From: Macrostomum hystrix | Taxonomy: Eukaryota > Animalia > Platyhelminthes | DNA length: 64,000 nucleotides | Assembly (NCBI GenBank): GCA_950097015.1 | Contig: CATNEN010000032.1 | Location: forward strand, 62,001-126,000 | Reading direction: 5' to 3' | Shown: positions 24,301-36,525 of the stretch, in pieces | Position numbering within the stretch: the first letter of the stretch is position 1 | How the letters are laid out: the number at the start of each line of letters is the position of its first letter | The notes under the pieces: generated by a model | What the model was told of the DNA's origin: nothing | Databases searched by the model: none | What the model saw: only the letters and a program-made list of their open reading frames with translations | Translations under genes and position numbers: made by a program

Positions 24301-25536
24301 TGGTTTAGCCATGATTCAGACGCTGGTTTAGCCATGATTCAGACGCTGGTTTAGCCATGATTGAAACTCTGGTTTAGCCATGATTGAAACTCTGGTTTTG
24401 CCATGATTCAGACTCTGGTTTCGCCATGATTCAAACTCTGGTTTAGCCATGGTTCAAACTCTGGTTTAGCCATGATTCAGACTCTAGTTTAGCCATGATT
24501 CAGACTCTGGTTTAGCCATGATTCAAACTCTGGTGTAGCCATTATTCAAACTCTGGTTTAGCCATGATTCAAACTCTGGTTTAGCCATGCTGATGATGAT
24601 GGTTTAGCCATGATTCAAAGCCTGGTGTAGCCATGATTTAGTCTCTGGTTTAGCCATGATTCAAACTCTGGTTTAGCCATGATACAGACGCTGGTTTAGC
24701 CATGATTCAAACTCTGGTTTAGCCATGATTGAAACTCTGGTTTTGCCATGATTCAGACTCTGGTTTAGCCATGATTCAAACTCTGGTTTAGCCATGGTTC
24801 AAACTCTGGTTTAGCCATGATTCAGACTCTAGTTTAGCCATGATTCAGACTCTGGTTTAGCCATGATTCAGACTCTGGTTTAGCCATGATTCAAACTCTA
24901 TTTTTGCAATGATTCAAACTCAGGTGTGCTATGATTTATGATATTTTATTTACGAAATGAAAAAAATAAATTAAAATAATCTTCAATCACTACTGGCTGA
25001 AAATTAGTCTAAATGATTTGACGCAGTGCAGAATCGAACCCTAGCCTAGCCTAACCTATTCCTAGTGCCTACACATCGGCTATTCCGACTGTTGGTTAGT
25101 GGGTGCAAAAATCTGCCTTATAAAATGAATTCTCAAAGTTCTGGCTTTGTACAATGAAGTAAGAAAATAGAGTACACTCAGTCTCGCGGTTGGTTGTGTA
25201 CATTTATTTCTAATTTGTCTCCAGAGTGCAGGCTTCAAATTCAATCAGCTAGGGGTTGTTGCGCAATTTGACGATGCAATTCTAATTCAGTGGCAGTGAG
25301 TAAAATTCTCAATAGGCCAAGATGGTTTGACCTTTGAAAAAATCATGTTTTTCGAATATTTAATCCCCTTAGCAATAAAGTTAAGCTTAATAAAAATACG
25401 TGTATAATTCTCCCCATATTTAGCATCTTTTGGTGAAGAAATGGTGAAAATCGGTTGAGCCGTTCGGGAGCTAGTCGATTGCAAACATACAAGCAAGCAA
25501 GCAAGCAAGCAAGATTTTCATTTTTAGTATATTAGA
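18377..25536 (-). mobile_element. Long Helitron unit L2 (7160 bp): 18-bp array about 18470-19460, 23-bp array about 19480-24930
   Basis: Same 3' hairpin-CTAG and unique body as L1. The 5' terminus TCTAATATACT... is of the S type. Confidence 0.88.
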
Positions 25537-25864
25537 CTAGCTGCCTTCGCTACCCTCTGGGTAGCCTCCCTGTGAGTTCTTATCAGTTCGTTATCAAAAC
25601 TGGCTCTGATGCAATCATTAAAATTGGCACTGGAGCCTCACTGTGCACAAGCTGAAAACAAGAATGCATTAGAAAAGCCTATTTAAAACTGTTTTTCGAA
25701 TATTTAATCCCCTTGGCAATGGAATTAAGCTTAATAAAAATACGTGTACCGATTCCGGCCCATTTGTGATCTTTTGGTGAAGGAATTGTGAAAATCGGTT
25801 GAGCCGTTCGGGAGCTAGTCGATTGCAAACAAGCAAGCAAGATTTTCATTTTTAGTATATAAGA
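25537..25864 (-). mobile_element. Short Helitron unit S (328 bp) between L2 and L3
   Basis: 3' end (minus) GCTACCC-AGA-GGGTAGC hairpin, 8 nt, then CTAG; 5' end TCTTATATACTAAAAATG. Confidence 0.9.
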
Positions 25865-28800
25865 CTAGCAAGTTTTGCCCCCCTTCGGGGAGCAGAAAAA
25901 ATTTTTAACTCGTCCAGTATATACTTTTTAGCAGCTGTATTGTCAGCCTTTTTTGCGCTACAATGATCAGTTGACAATGATCCCCCAGTTGATAATGATC
26001 CCCCAGTTGACAATGATCCCCCAGTTGATAATGATCCCCCAGTTGACAATGATCCCCCAGTTGACAATGATCCCCCAGTTGACAATGATCCCCCAGTTGA
26101 TAATGATCACCCAGTTGACAATGATCCCCCAGTTGACAATGATCCCCCAGTTGACAATGATCCCCCAGTTGACAATGATCTCCCAGTTGACAATGATCCA
26201 CCAGTTGACAATGATCCCCCAGTTGACAATGATCCCACAGTTGACAATGATCCCCCAGTTGACAATGATCCCCCAGTTGATAATGATCACCCAGTTGACA
26301 ATGATCCTCCAGTTGACAATGATCCCCCAGTTGACAATGATCCCCCAGTTGACAATGATCTCCCAGTTGACAATGATCCACCAGTTGACAATGATCCCCC
26401 AGTTGACAATGATCACCCAGTTGAAGATGATCCCCCAGTTGACAATGATCCCACAGTTGACAATGATCCCCCAGTTGATGATGATCCCCCAGTTTACAAT
26501 GATCTCCCAGTTGACAATGATCCCCCAGTTGAAGATGATCCCCCAGTTGACAATGATCACCCAGTTCACAATGATCCCCAGTTGGCCATGATCCCCTAGT
26601 TGACAATGATCCTACAGTTGACAATGATCCCCCAGTTGACAATGATCCCCCAGTTGATAATGATCCCCCAGTTGACAATGATCCCCCAGTTGACAATGAT
26701 CCCCCAGTTGACAATGATCCCCCAGTTGATAATGATCACCCAGTTGACAATGATCCCCCAGTTGACAATGATCCCCCAGTTGACAATGATCCCCCAGTTG
26801 ACAATGATCTCCCAGTTGACAATGATCCACCAGTTGACAATGATCCCCCAGTTGACAATGATCCCACAGTTGACAATGATCCCCCAGTTGACAATGATCC
26901 CCCAGTTGATAATGATCACCCAGTTGACAATGATCCTCCAGTTGACAATGATCCCCCAGTTGACAATGATCCCCCAGTTGACAATGATCTCCCAGTTGAC
27001 AATGATCCACCAGTTGACAATGATCCCCCAGTTGACAATGATCACCCAGTTGAAGATGATCCCCCAGTTGACAATGATCCCACAGTTGACAATGATCCCC
27101 CAGTTGATGATGATCCCCCAGTTTACAATGATCTCCCAGTTGACAATGATCCCCCAGTTGAAGATGATCCCCCAGTTGACAATGATCACCCAGTTCACAA
27201 TGATCCCCAGTTGGCCATGATCCCCTAGTTGACAATGATCCTACAGTTGACAATGATCCCCCAGTTGACAATGATCCCCCAGTTGATGATGATCCCCCAG
27301 TTTACAATGATCTCCCAGTTGACAATGATCCCCCAGTTGAAGATGATCCCCCAGTTGACAATGATCACCCAGTTCACAATGATCCCCAGTTGGCCATGAT
27401 CCCCTAGTTGACAATGATCCTACAGTTGACAATGATCCCCCAGTTGACAATGATCCCCCAGTTGACATGATTACCCAGTTGACAATCATTCCCCAGTGGA
27501 CAATGATCCCCTAGTTGACAATGATCCCCCAGTTGAAAATGATACCCCAGTTGACAATGATCCCCCAGTTGACGATGATCCCCCAGTTGACAATGATCCC
27601 CCAGTTGACAATGATCCCCCAGTTGACAATGATCCCCCAGTTGACAATGATCCCCCAGTTGACAATTATCCCCCAGTTTACCATGATCCCCCAGTTGACG
27701 ATTATCCCCCAGTTCACCATGATCCCCATTTTGATGATGACTCCCCAGTTGACGTTGATTTTTCAAACACTGGGTTAGCCAAGATTCAAACTCAGGTTTC
27801 GCCATGTTTTAAACCCTGGTGGGCTATGATTCAAACTCTCGCCATGATTCAGACTCTGGTTGGCTATGATTCAAACTCTGGTTTAGCCAAGATTCAAACT
27901 CTGGTTTAGCCATGTTTTAAACCCTGGTGGGCTATGATTCAAACTCTCGTTTTGCCATGATTCAGACTCTGGTTTAGCCATGATTCAGACTCTGGTTTTG
28001 CCATGATTCAAGCTCTGGTTTAGCCATGTTTCAAACTCTGGTTTAGCCATGATTCAAACTCTGGTTTAGCCATGATTCAGACTCTGGTTTAGCCATGATT
28101 CAGACTCTGGTTTAGCCATGATTCAGACTCTGGTTTAGCCATGATTCAAACTCTGGTTTAGCCATGATTCAGACTCTGGTTTAGCCATGATTCAAACTCT
28201 GGTGTAGCCATGATTCAGACTCTGGTTTAGCCATGATTCAAACTCTGGTGTAGCCATGATTCAGACTCTGGTTTAGCCATGATTCAAACGCTGGTGTAGC
28301 CATGATTCAAACTCTGGTGTAGCCATGATTCAGACTCCGGTTTAGCCATGATTCAAACGCTGGTGTAGCCATGATTCAGACTCTGGTTTTGCCATGATTT
28401 AGACTCTATTGTTGCAATGATTCAAACTCAGATTTGCTATGATTTATGATATTTTATTTACGAAATGAAAAAAATAAATCAAAATAATCTTCAATCACTA
28501 CTGGCTGAAAATTAGTCTAAATGATTTGACGCAGTGCAGAATCGAACCCTAGCCTAGCCTATAACCTATTCCTAGTGCCTACACATCGGCTATTCCGACT
28601 GTTGGTTAGTGGGTGCAAAAATCAGCCTTATAAAATGAATTATCAAAGTTCTGGCTTTGTACAATGAAGTGAGAAAATAGAGTACACTCAGTCTCACGGT
28701 TGGTTGTGTACATTTATTTCCAATTTGTCTCCAGAGTGCAGGCTTCAAATTCAATCAGCTAGGGGTTGTTGCGCAATTTGACGATGCAATTCCAATTCAG

Positions 28801-29048
28801 TGGCAGTCAGTGAATGAAATTCTCAATAGGCCAAGATAGTTTGACCTTTGAAATGGTCAAAAAACATGTTTTTCGAATATTTAATCCCCTTAGCAATAAA
28901 GTTAAGCTTAATAAAAATACGTGTACAATTGTCCCCATATTTAGCATCTTTTGGTGAAGAAATAGTGAAAATCGGTTAAGCCGTTTTTGAGAAAATCGAT
29001 CGCGCATACATATATATATATAGATAGTTTTCATCTTTAGTTATATGA
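25865..29048 (-). mobile_element. Long Helitron unit L3 (3184 bp): 18-bp array about 25965-27740, 23-bp array about 27770-28440
   Basis: Same termini and body as L1/L2 but more diverged; 5' end TCATATAACTAAAGATGAAAA followed by (TA)n. Confidence 0.87.
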
Positions 29049-32000
29049 CTAGCTGCCTTCGCTACCCTCTGGGTAGCCTCCCTGTGAGTTCTTATCAGTA
29101 CGCGCGTGCGTTATCAAAACTGGCTCTGATGCAATCATTAAAGTTGGCACTGGAGCCTCACTGTGCACAAGCTGAAAACAAGAATGCATTAGAAAAGCCT
29201 ATTTAAAACTGTTTTTCGAATATTTAATCCCCTTGGCAATGGAATTAAGCTTAATAAAAATACGTGTACCGATTCCGGCCCATTTGTGATATTTTGGCGA
29301 AGGAATTGTGAAAATCGGTTGAGCCGTTCGGGAGCTAGTCGATTGCAAACATACAAGCAAGATTTTCATTTTTAGTATATTAGAAGACTAGCTGCCTTCG
29401 CTACCCTCTGGGTAGCCTCCCTGTGAGTTCTTATCAGTACGCGCGTGCGTTATCAAAACTGGCTCTGATGCAATCATTAAATTTGGCACTGGAGGCCTCA
29501 CTGTGCACAAGCTGTAAACAAGAATGCATTAGAAAAGCCTATTTAAAACAGTTTTTCGAATATTTAATCCCCTTGCCAATGGAATTAAGCTTAATAAAAT
29601 TACGTGTACCGATTCCGGCCCATTTGTGATCTTTTGGCGAAGGAATTTTGAAAATCGGTTGAGCCGTTCGGGAGCTAGTCGATTGCAAACAAACATACAA
29701 ACATACAAACATACAAGATTTTCATTTTTAGTATATTAGACTAGCTGCCTTCGCTACCCTCTGGGTAGCCTCACTTGAGTTCTTATCAGTGCGTTATCAA
29801 AATTGGCTCTGATGCAATCATTAAAATTGGCACTGGAGCCTCACTGTGCACAAGCTGAAAACAAGAATGCATTAGAAAAGCCTATTTAAAACTGTTTTTC
29901 GAATATTTAATCCCCTTGCCAATGGAATTAAGCTTAATAAAAATACGTGTACCGATTCCGGCCCATTTGTGATCTTTTGGCGAAGGAATTGTGAAAATCG
30001 GTTGAGCCGTTCGGGAGCTAGTCGATTGCAAACATACAAACATACAAGATTTTCATTTTTAGTATATTAGACTAGCTGCCTTCGCTACCCTCTGGGTAGC
30101 CTCACTGGAGTTCTTATCAGTTCGTTATCAAAACTGGCTCTGATGCAATCATTAAAATTGGCACTGGAGCCTCACTGTGCACAAGCTGAAAACAAGAATG
30201 CATTAGAAAAGCCTATTTAAAGCAGTTTTTCGAATATTTAATCCCCTTGGCAATGGAATTAAGCTTAATAAAAATACGTGTACCGATTCCGGCCTATTTG
30301 TGATCTTTTGGTGAAGGAATTGTTAAAATCGGTTGAGCCGTTCGGGAGCTAGTCGATTGCAAACATACAAACATACAAACATACAAACAAGATTTTCATT
30401 TTTAGTATATTAGACTAGCTGCCTTCGCTACCCTCTGGGTAGCCTCCCTGTGAGTTCTTATCAGTACGCGCGTGCGTTATCAAAACTGGCTCTGATGCAA
30501 TCATTAAAATTGGCACTGGAGGCCTCACTGTGCACAAGCTGAAAACAAGAATGCATTAGAAAAGCCTATTTAAAACAGTTTTTCGAATATTTAATCCCCT
30601 TGGCAATGGAATTAAGCTTAATAAAAATACGTGTACCGATTCCGGCCCAATTGCGATCTTTTGGCGAAGGAATTGCGAAAATCGGTTGAGCCGTTCGGGA
30701 GCTAGTCGATTGCAAACAAGCAAGCAAGATTTTCATTTTTAGTATATTAGAAGACTAGCTGCCTTCGCTACCCTCTGGGTAGCCTCCCTGTGAGTTCTTA
30801 TCAGTACGCGCGTGCGTTATCAAAACTGGCTCTGATGCAATCATTAAATTTGGCACTGGAGGCCTAACTGTGCACAAGCTGAAAACAAGAATGCATTAGA
30901 AAAGCCTATTTAAAACTGTTTTTCGAATATTTAATCCCCTTGCAAATGGAATTAAGCTTAATAAAATTACGTGTACCGATTCCGGCCCATTTGTGATCTT
31001 TTGGCGAAGGAATTGCGAAAATCGGTTGAGCCGTTCGGGAGCTAGTCGATTGCAAACAAACATACAAGCAAGATTTTCATTTTTAGTATATAAGACTAGC
31101 TGCCTTCGCTACCCTCTGGGTAGCCTCACTGGAGTTCTTATCAGTTCGTTATCAAAACTGGCTCTGATGCAATCATTAAAATTGGCACTGGAGCCTCACT
31201 GTGCACAAGCTGAAAACAAGAATGCATTAGAAAAGCCTATTTAAAACTGTTTTTCGAATATTTAATCCCCTTGGCAATGGAATTAAGCTTAAAAAAAATA
31301 CGTGTACCGATTCGGGCCCATTTGTGATCTTTTGGCGAAGGAATTGTGAAAATCGGTTGAGCCGTTCGGGAGCTAGTCGATTGCAAACATACAAACATAC
31401 AAACATACAAACAAGATTTTCATTTTTAGTATATAGAAGCAAGCAAGCAAGATTTTCATTTTTAGTATATTAGACTAGCTGCCTTCGCTACCCTCTGGGT
31501 AGCCTCCCTGTGAGTTCTTATCAGTACGCGCGTGCGTTATCAAAACTGGCTCTGATGCAATCATTAAAATTGGCACTGGAGCCTCACTGTGCACAAGCTG
31601 TAAACAAGAATGCATTAGAAAAGCCTATTTAAAACTGTTTTTCGAATATTTAATCCCCTTGGCAATGGAATTAAGCTTAATAAAATTACGTGTACCGATT
31701 CCGGCCCAATTGTGATCTTTTGGCGAAGGAATTGTGAAAATCGGTTAAGCCGTTCGGGAGCTAGTCGATTGCAAACAAGCAAGCAAGATTTTCATTTTTA
31801 GTATATAAGACTAGCTGCCTTCGCTACCCTCTGGGTAGCCTCACTGGAGTTCTTATCAGTGCGTTATCAAAACTGGCTCTGATGCAATCATAAAAATTGG
31901 CACTGGAGCCTCACTGTGCACAAGCTGAAAACAAGAATGCATTAGAAAAGCCTATTTAAAACTGTTTTTCGAATATTTAATCCCCTTGCCAATGGAATTA

Positions 32001-33819
32001 AGCTTAATAAAATTACGTGTACCGATTCCGGCCCATTTGTGATCTTTTGGCGAAGGAATTGCGAAAATCGGTTGAGCCGTTCGGGAGCTAGTCGATTGCA
32101 AACATACAAACATACAAACAAGATTTTCATTTTTAGTATATTAGACTAGCTGCCTTCGCTACCCTCTGGGTAGCCTCCCTGTGAGTTCTTATCAGTTCGT
32201 TATCAAAACTGGCTCTGATGCAATCATTAAAATTGGCACTGGAGCCTCACTGTGCACAAGCTGAAAACAAGAATGCATTAGAAAAGCCTATTTAAAACTG
32301 TTTTTCGAATATTTAATCCCCTTGGCAATGGAATTAAGCTTAATAAAAATACGTGTACCGATTCCGGCCCATTTGTGATCTTTTGGCGAAGGAATTGCGA
32401 AAATCGGTTAAGCCGTTCGGGAGCTAGTCGATTGCAAACATACAAACATACAAACAAGATTTTCATTTTTAGTATATTAGACTAGCTGCCTTCGCTACCC
32501 TCTGGGTAGCCTCACTGGAGTTCTTATCAGTGCGTTATCAAAACTGGCTCTGATGCAATCATTAAAATTGGCACTGGAGCCTCACTGTGCACAAGCTGAA
32601 AACAAGAATGCATTAGAAAAGCCTATTTAAAACTGTTTTTCGAATATTTAATCCCCTTGGCAATGGAATTAAGCTTAATAAAAATACGTGTACCGATTCC
32701 GGCCCATTTGTGATCTTTTGGCGAAGGAATTGCGAAAATCGGTTAAGCCGTTCGGGAGCTAGTCGATTGCAAACATACAAACATACAAACAAGATTTTCA
32801 TTTTTAGTATATTAGACTAGCTGCCTTCGCTACCCTCTGGGTAGCCTCACTGGAGTTCTTATCAGTGCGTTATCAAAACTGGCTCCGATGCAATCATTAA
32901 AATTGGCACTGGAGCCTCACTGCGCACAAGCTGAAAACAAGAATGCATTAGAAAAGCCTATTTAAAACTGTTTTTCGAATATTTAATCCCCTTGGCAATG
33001 GAATTAAGCTTAAAAAAAATACGTGTACCGATTCGGGCCCATTTGTGATCTTTTGGCGAAGGAATTGTGAAAATCGGTTGAGCCGTTCGGGAGCTAGTCG
33101 ATTGCAAACATACAAGCAAGATTTTCATTTTTAGTATATAAGACTAGCTGCCTTCGCTACCCTCTGGGTAGCCTCCCTGTGAGTTCTTATCAGTACGCGC
33201 GTGCGTTATCAAAACTGGCTCTGATGCAATCATTAAATTTGGCACTGGAGGCCTAACTGTGCACAAGCTGAAAACAAGAATGCATTAGAAAAGCCTATTT
33301 AAAACTGTTTTTCGAATATTTAATCCCCTTGCAAATGGAATTAAGCTTAATAAAATTACGTGTACCGATTCCGGCCCATTTGTGATCTTTTGGCGAAGGA
33401 ATTGCGAAAATCGGTTGAGCCGTTCGGGAGCTAGTCGATTGCAAACATACAAGCAAGCAAGATTTTCATTTTTAGTATAATAAGAAGACTAGCTGCCTTC
33501 GCTACCCTCTGGGTAGCCTCACTGGAGTTCTTATCAGTTCGTTATCAAAACTGGCTCTGATGCAATCATAAAAATTGGCACTGGAGCCTCACTGTGCACA
33601 AGCTGAAAACAAGAATGCATTAGAAAAGCCTATTTAAAACTGTTTTTCGAATATTTAATCCCCTTGGCAATGAAATTAAGCTTAATAAAATTACGTGTAC
33701 CGATTCCGGCCCAATTGTGATCTTTTGGCGAAGGAATTGTGAAAATCGGTTGAGCCGTTCGGGAGCTAGTCGATTGCAAACATACAAACATACAAGATTT
33801 TCTTTTTTAGTATATAAGA
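29049..33819 (-). mobile_element. Tandem array of 14 short Helitron units (about 327-353 bp each) plus a 37-bp 5'-end stub
   Basis: CTAG unit starts on the + strand at 29049, 29388, 29741, 30072, 30415, 30755, 31096, 31475, 31811, 32146, 32482, 32817, 33144 and 33489. Unit length varies mainly through the ACAT/AAGC microsatellite. Confidence 0.92.
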
Positions 33820-35454
33820 AGCCCATCTTATACTTTAGATTTTTTATTTGTTTGGTATGTATATTCGTTAGCTTTAGGGCTGCTAGGGGCCTACGGCACA
33901 CCTTATATAATAATTTTTGTACAGACTTCCTAATTTGTACTTGTATAGGCTGTCCCTGCAGTACTGTACCCACCTCCTCGATCTCCATCCCCACTTGACG
34001 CATGAACAGAAACGAGTAGATCCGCACGCATGCGAAAAACTAAGACTTTAAATAAATCTGACACTATAGTCTTTGCACAATTAGGCCTAATAATTCCAGT
34101 TATAATTGCGCTGAATGTCTTTTGATCCTTGACGACCTAGAGTAGTATTTTATATTGGGGATTATTGTTGTAATGTATTTTATGAACAATGTCATCCCAA
34201 AGTCAGTAAGGTGGCTTCAGCATGCATAGCTCAGTATCGAACACACTGTAGGCCGAATATATGTCTTATCAAGTATCAGTCAATGGTTATGTGAGGCCTA
34301 AATAAGAATGGTAGCACACTCCTGGTCTAGCTAGGACTAATACATTGGGTCTAGGCCTACCTCTTATCAATAGCCAGGCTAGCCCCTACATTTTTTATAT
34401 TACTATTAGTTATGGCTCATTTATCTAATTAATTTAGGATATAAACTATATAGGCCCTAATTGGCCTAGGTTTAAAAATTGCTAGTTTAGAATTATACTA
34501 CACTTATACTTTGACCTTTGTTTGAACATTTATAGCTGTATATGTTTCTTTGCAAATTGTACATATTTTACAACTCTGTTAAAGTTGTAACATGAACGAT
34601 ACTAGAATTACGGTATTATTATGTATTATGTATATACATAGTTATACATATGTTACTATGTATAACATAGTAACATAGAATTACTATGTTACTGTAATTC
34701 TAGTATCGAAATTATTGAAAGTATTGAAAAACCAAATTATGCCAAATTAAAAACCAAGATAGGCCTATTCAAAACATTTATAATAGGCCCATGAGCAATT
34801 AAGGTAGCCTTATTGATAAAAAATATTCCTATGTTAACTTAAGTTAATATATGAAGCAAACCAATATTTTCAGCTTAAAGCTTAAAAAATTTCACAATGC
34901 CTTACCTGAATGAAAAAAGTTAATCATTGTAGTATCTTTAGAATACACTGTATAGTTAATTTATATAATCATTATGTAGCTTAACATAAAAAATATAATA
35001 GCTAGCTTACACTCTTCAGATAACTTATCATCAAATAATATAAGTTGTTGTACTAATTTAATTCAACACTTGTATAATAATTGAAAAAATTAGGCCCCTA
35101 CTCAACTAAGTTCAATGATATGCCATTGACTCTGCCTGTAATGTAATTTATCTGGTCCTTAATCACATATGTCCATATGAAAAATGTTGTAGATGCTAGT
35201 TTGACATTGCTGCATGAGTGCAGTTGTTCAAGCTACTTTAGTCAGATTTAAGTGTATATCCATTTTTGTAAATTAAAGCTTCATTTTGCCTAAATGAGAA
35301 ATGTAACTTATCCTTTTAAGACAGTATTCAAAGACTAAATAGAAATTTATTTCATTTGCAATTTTATGTTATATTTTTTTTCCTTTAACCTCTTTTAGAA
35401 GTAATCTGTATTTGCAGTGATTTTTTAATGCCTATATATTTTTTCTTCTGACAG

Positions 35455-36167
35455 ATTTTTATGATCAACACAAATTGCCAAATTTGCCTTCTTTCCATCA
35501 GGACATCAATCAGCACCTATCTGTGCCATTCCACACCAGCTCAGATGGGCAATCTCTGGTGCTGGAGTTTGACCGGTCCACAATGAGCCTAGTCCGCGAG
35601 CTTCAGTCCATCTGCATGGCCTGCCGCGACTGTCCTGGTCGCGAATTTTTCACATTCGAAGACTTGTACACCCACCTGAGCGTCTGCAGGCGCGCCGCCC
35701 AGCAGCGCCAGCGCCAGCTGAGCCTGTCATCGTCTACAGCGCCAGTTGAAGTTTCTGCTCCAGCTGTAGTTCCGCTGCCGCTGCCGCCACCCATTAAGCA
35801 TGCCGCTCAGCGTGCGCTACCGCATCCGATGCTGCTAAATGTACATGCAGATCCAACTGAACCAGAGCATTCTGAGCCCGAGCCCACTGAGAACTTCGAT
35901 TTCAGTGCCACCTGTGACGGTGGCAGTCTCGACGTAGGCAACGACAGAAGCTTCTGGCAGCCGCGCGGTCGTCGATCCTATCAGAAGGTCGGCGGCCGAG
36001 TTCAAGACGCTCATCGGCTGAGCTTTGGCGGCGGCAGTTTCTGCAACTATCGTCAGAAGCGCGGCAGCGGTGGCGGCAATGTCGGAAAGGCCAAGATCAA
36101 ACAGGGAAATAATAGAAAAAATAATCGCTTTTCGTCAATTACCGAGCGCCTTGGCGGTTATCGTTAA
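35455..36167 (+). CDS. Probable terminal coding exon of an unidentified gene with a C2HC-type Zn-finger-like motif
   Basis: Pyrimidine-rich acceptor ttttttcttctgacag| at 35454; GC-rich open frame in AT-rich flanks; CRDCPGREFFTFEDLYTHLSVC motif; Q/P-rich low-complexity tail. Upstream exon not found. Confidence 0.55.
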
Positions 36168-36287
36168 CCTGGCCTTCTCAATAATACCAGCGCGCTCTGC
36201 TGTGAAAAAATTAACTTTATTAAGATAACGTCTTTTCTAATTCTAGCAATTTAACAAAAATGTTTTGTGAAATTCTTTGCTATCGAT

Positions 36288-36525
36288 CAGTTCTACGGAT
36301 TTTATCTTTTCAGTTCTATGGGTTTTATCCCTCAGTTCTAGTGATTTTTTCCCTTTAGTTCTTTGAGTTTTATCCCCTCAGTTCTAGTGATTTTATCCCC
36401 TCAGTTCTAGGGATTTTATCCCCTCAGTTCTAGGGATTTTATCCCTTTAGTTCTATGGGTTTTATCCCCTCAGTTCTAGGGATTTTATCCCTTTAGTTCT
36501 ATGGGTTTAATCCCCTCAGTTCCTA
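36288..36525. repeat. Degenerate 23-bp tandem repeat (TTTTATCCCCTCAGTTCTAGGGA)n
   Basis: AGTTCT recurs at 36426, 36449 and 36472. Confidence 0.9.

Larger units (their letters stand above)
13351..33819 (-). mobile_element. Head-to-tail concatemer of non-autonomous Helitrons: order on + strand L1, L2, S, L3, then 14 S units
   Basis: On the minus strand almost every unit starts TC, then TATACTAAAAATGAAA and a microsatellite, then AACGGCTCAACCGATTTT, and ends with a GC-rich hairpin 11-12 nt before CTAG. Junctions read CTAG|TC. The left flank gives CTAG|T. Confidence 0.9.

Noticed and set aside
15325-24930. 23-bp array as a CRISPR array
   Set aside because: Monomers are contiguous with no unique spacers; eukaryotic context and no cas genes.
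13413-27909. Dozens of LTMIPQ / VDNDPP / NWGIIV / QLGDHC repeat ORFs resembling repeat proteins
   Set aside because: All six frames of the 18-bp satellite; frame-breaking indels are tolerated throughout and the arrays lie inside Helitron units.
30993-34027. Repeated 62-135-aa ORFs (RLAPERLNRFSQF)
   Set aside because: Translations of the conserved Helitron 5' end, one per unit.
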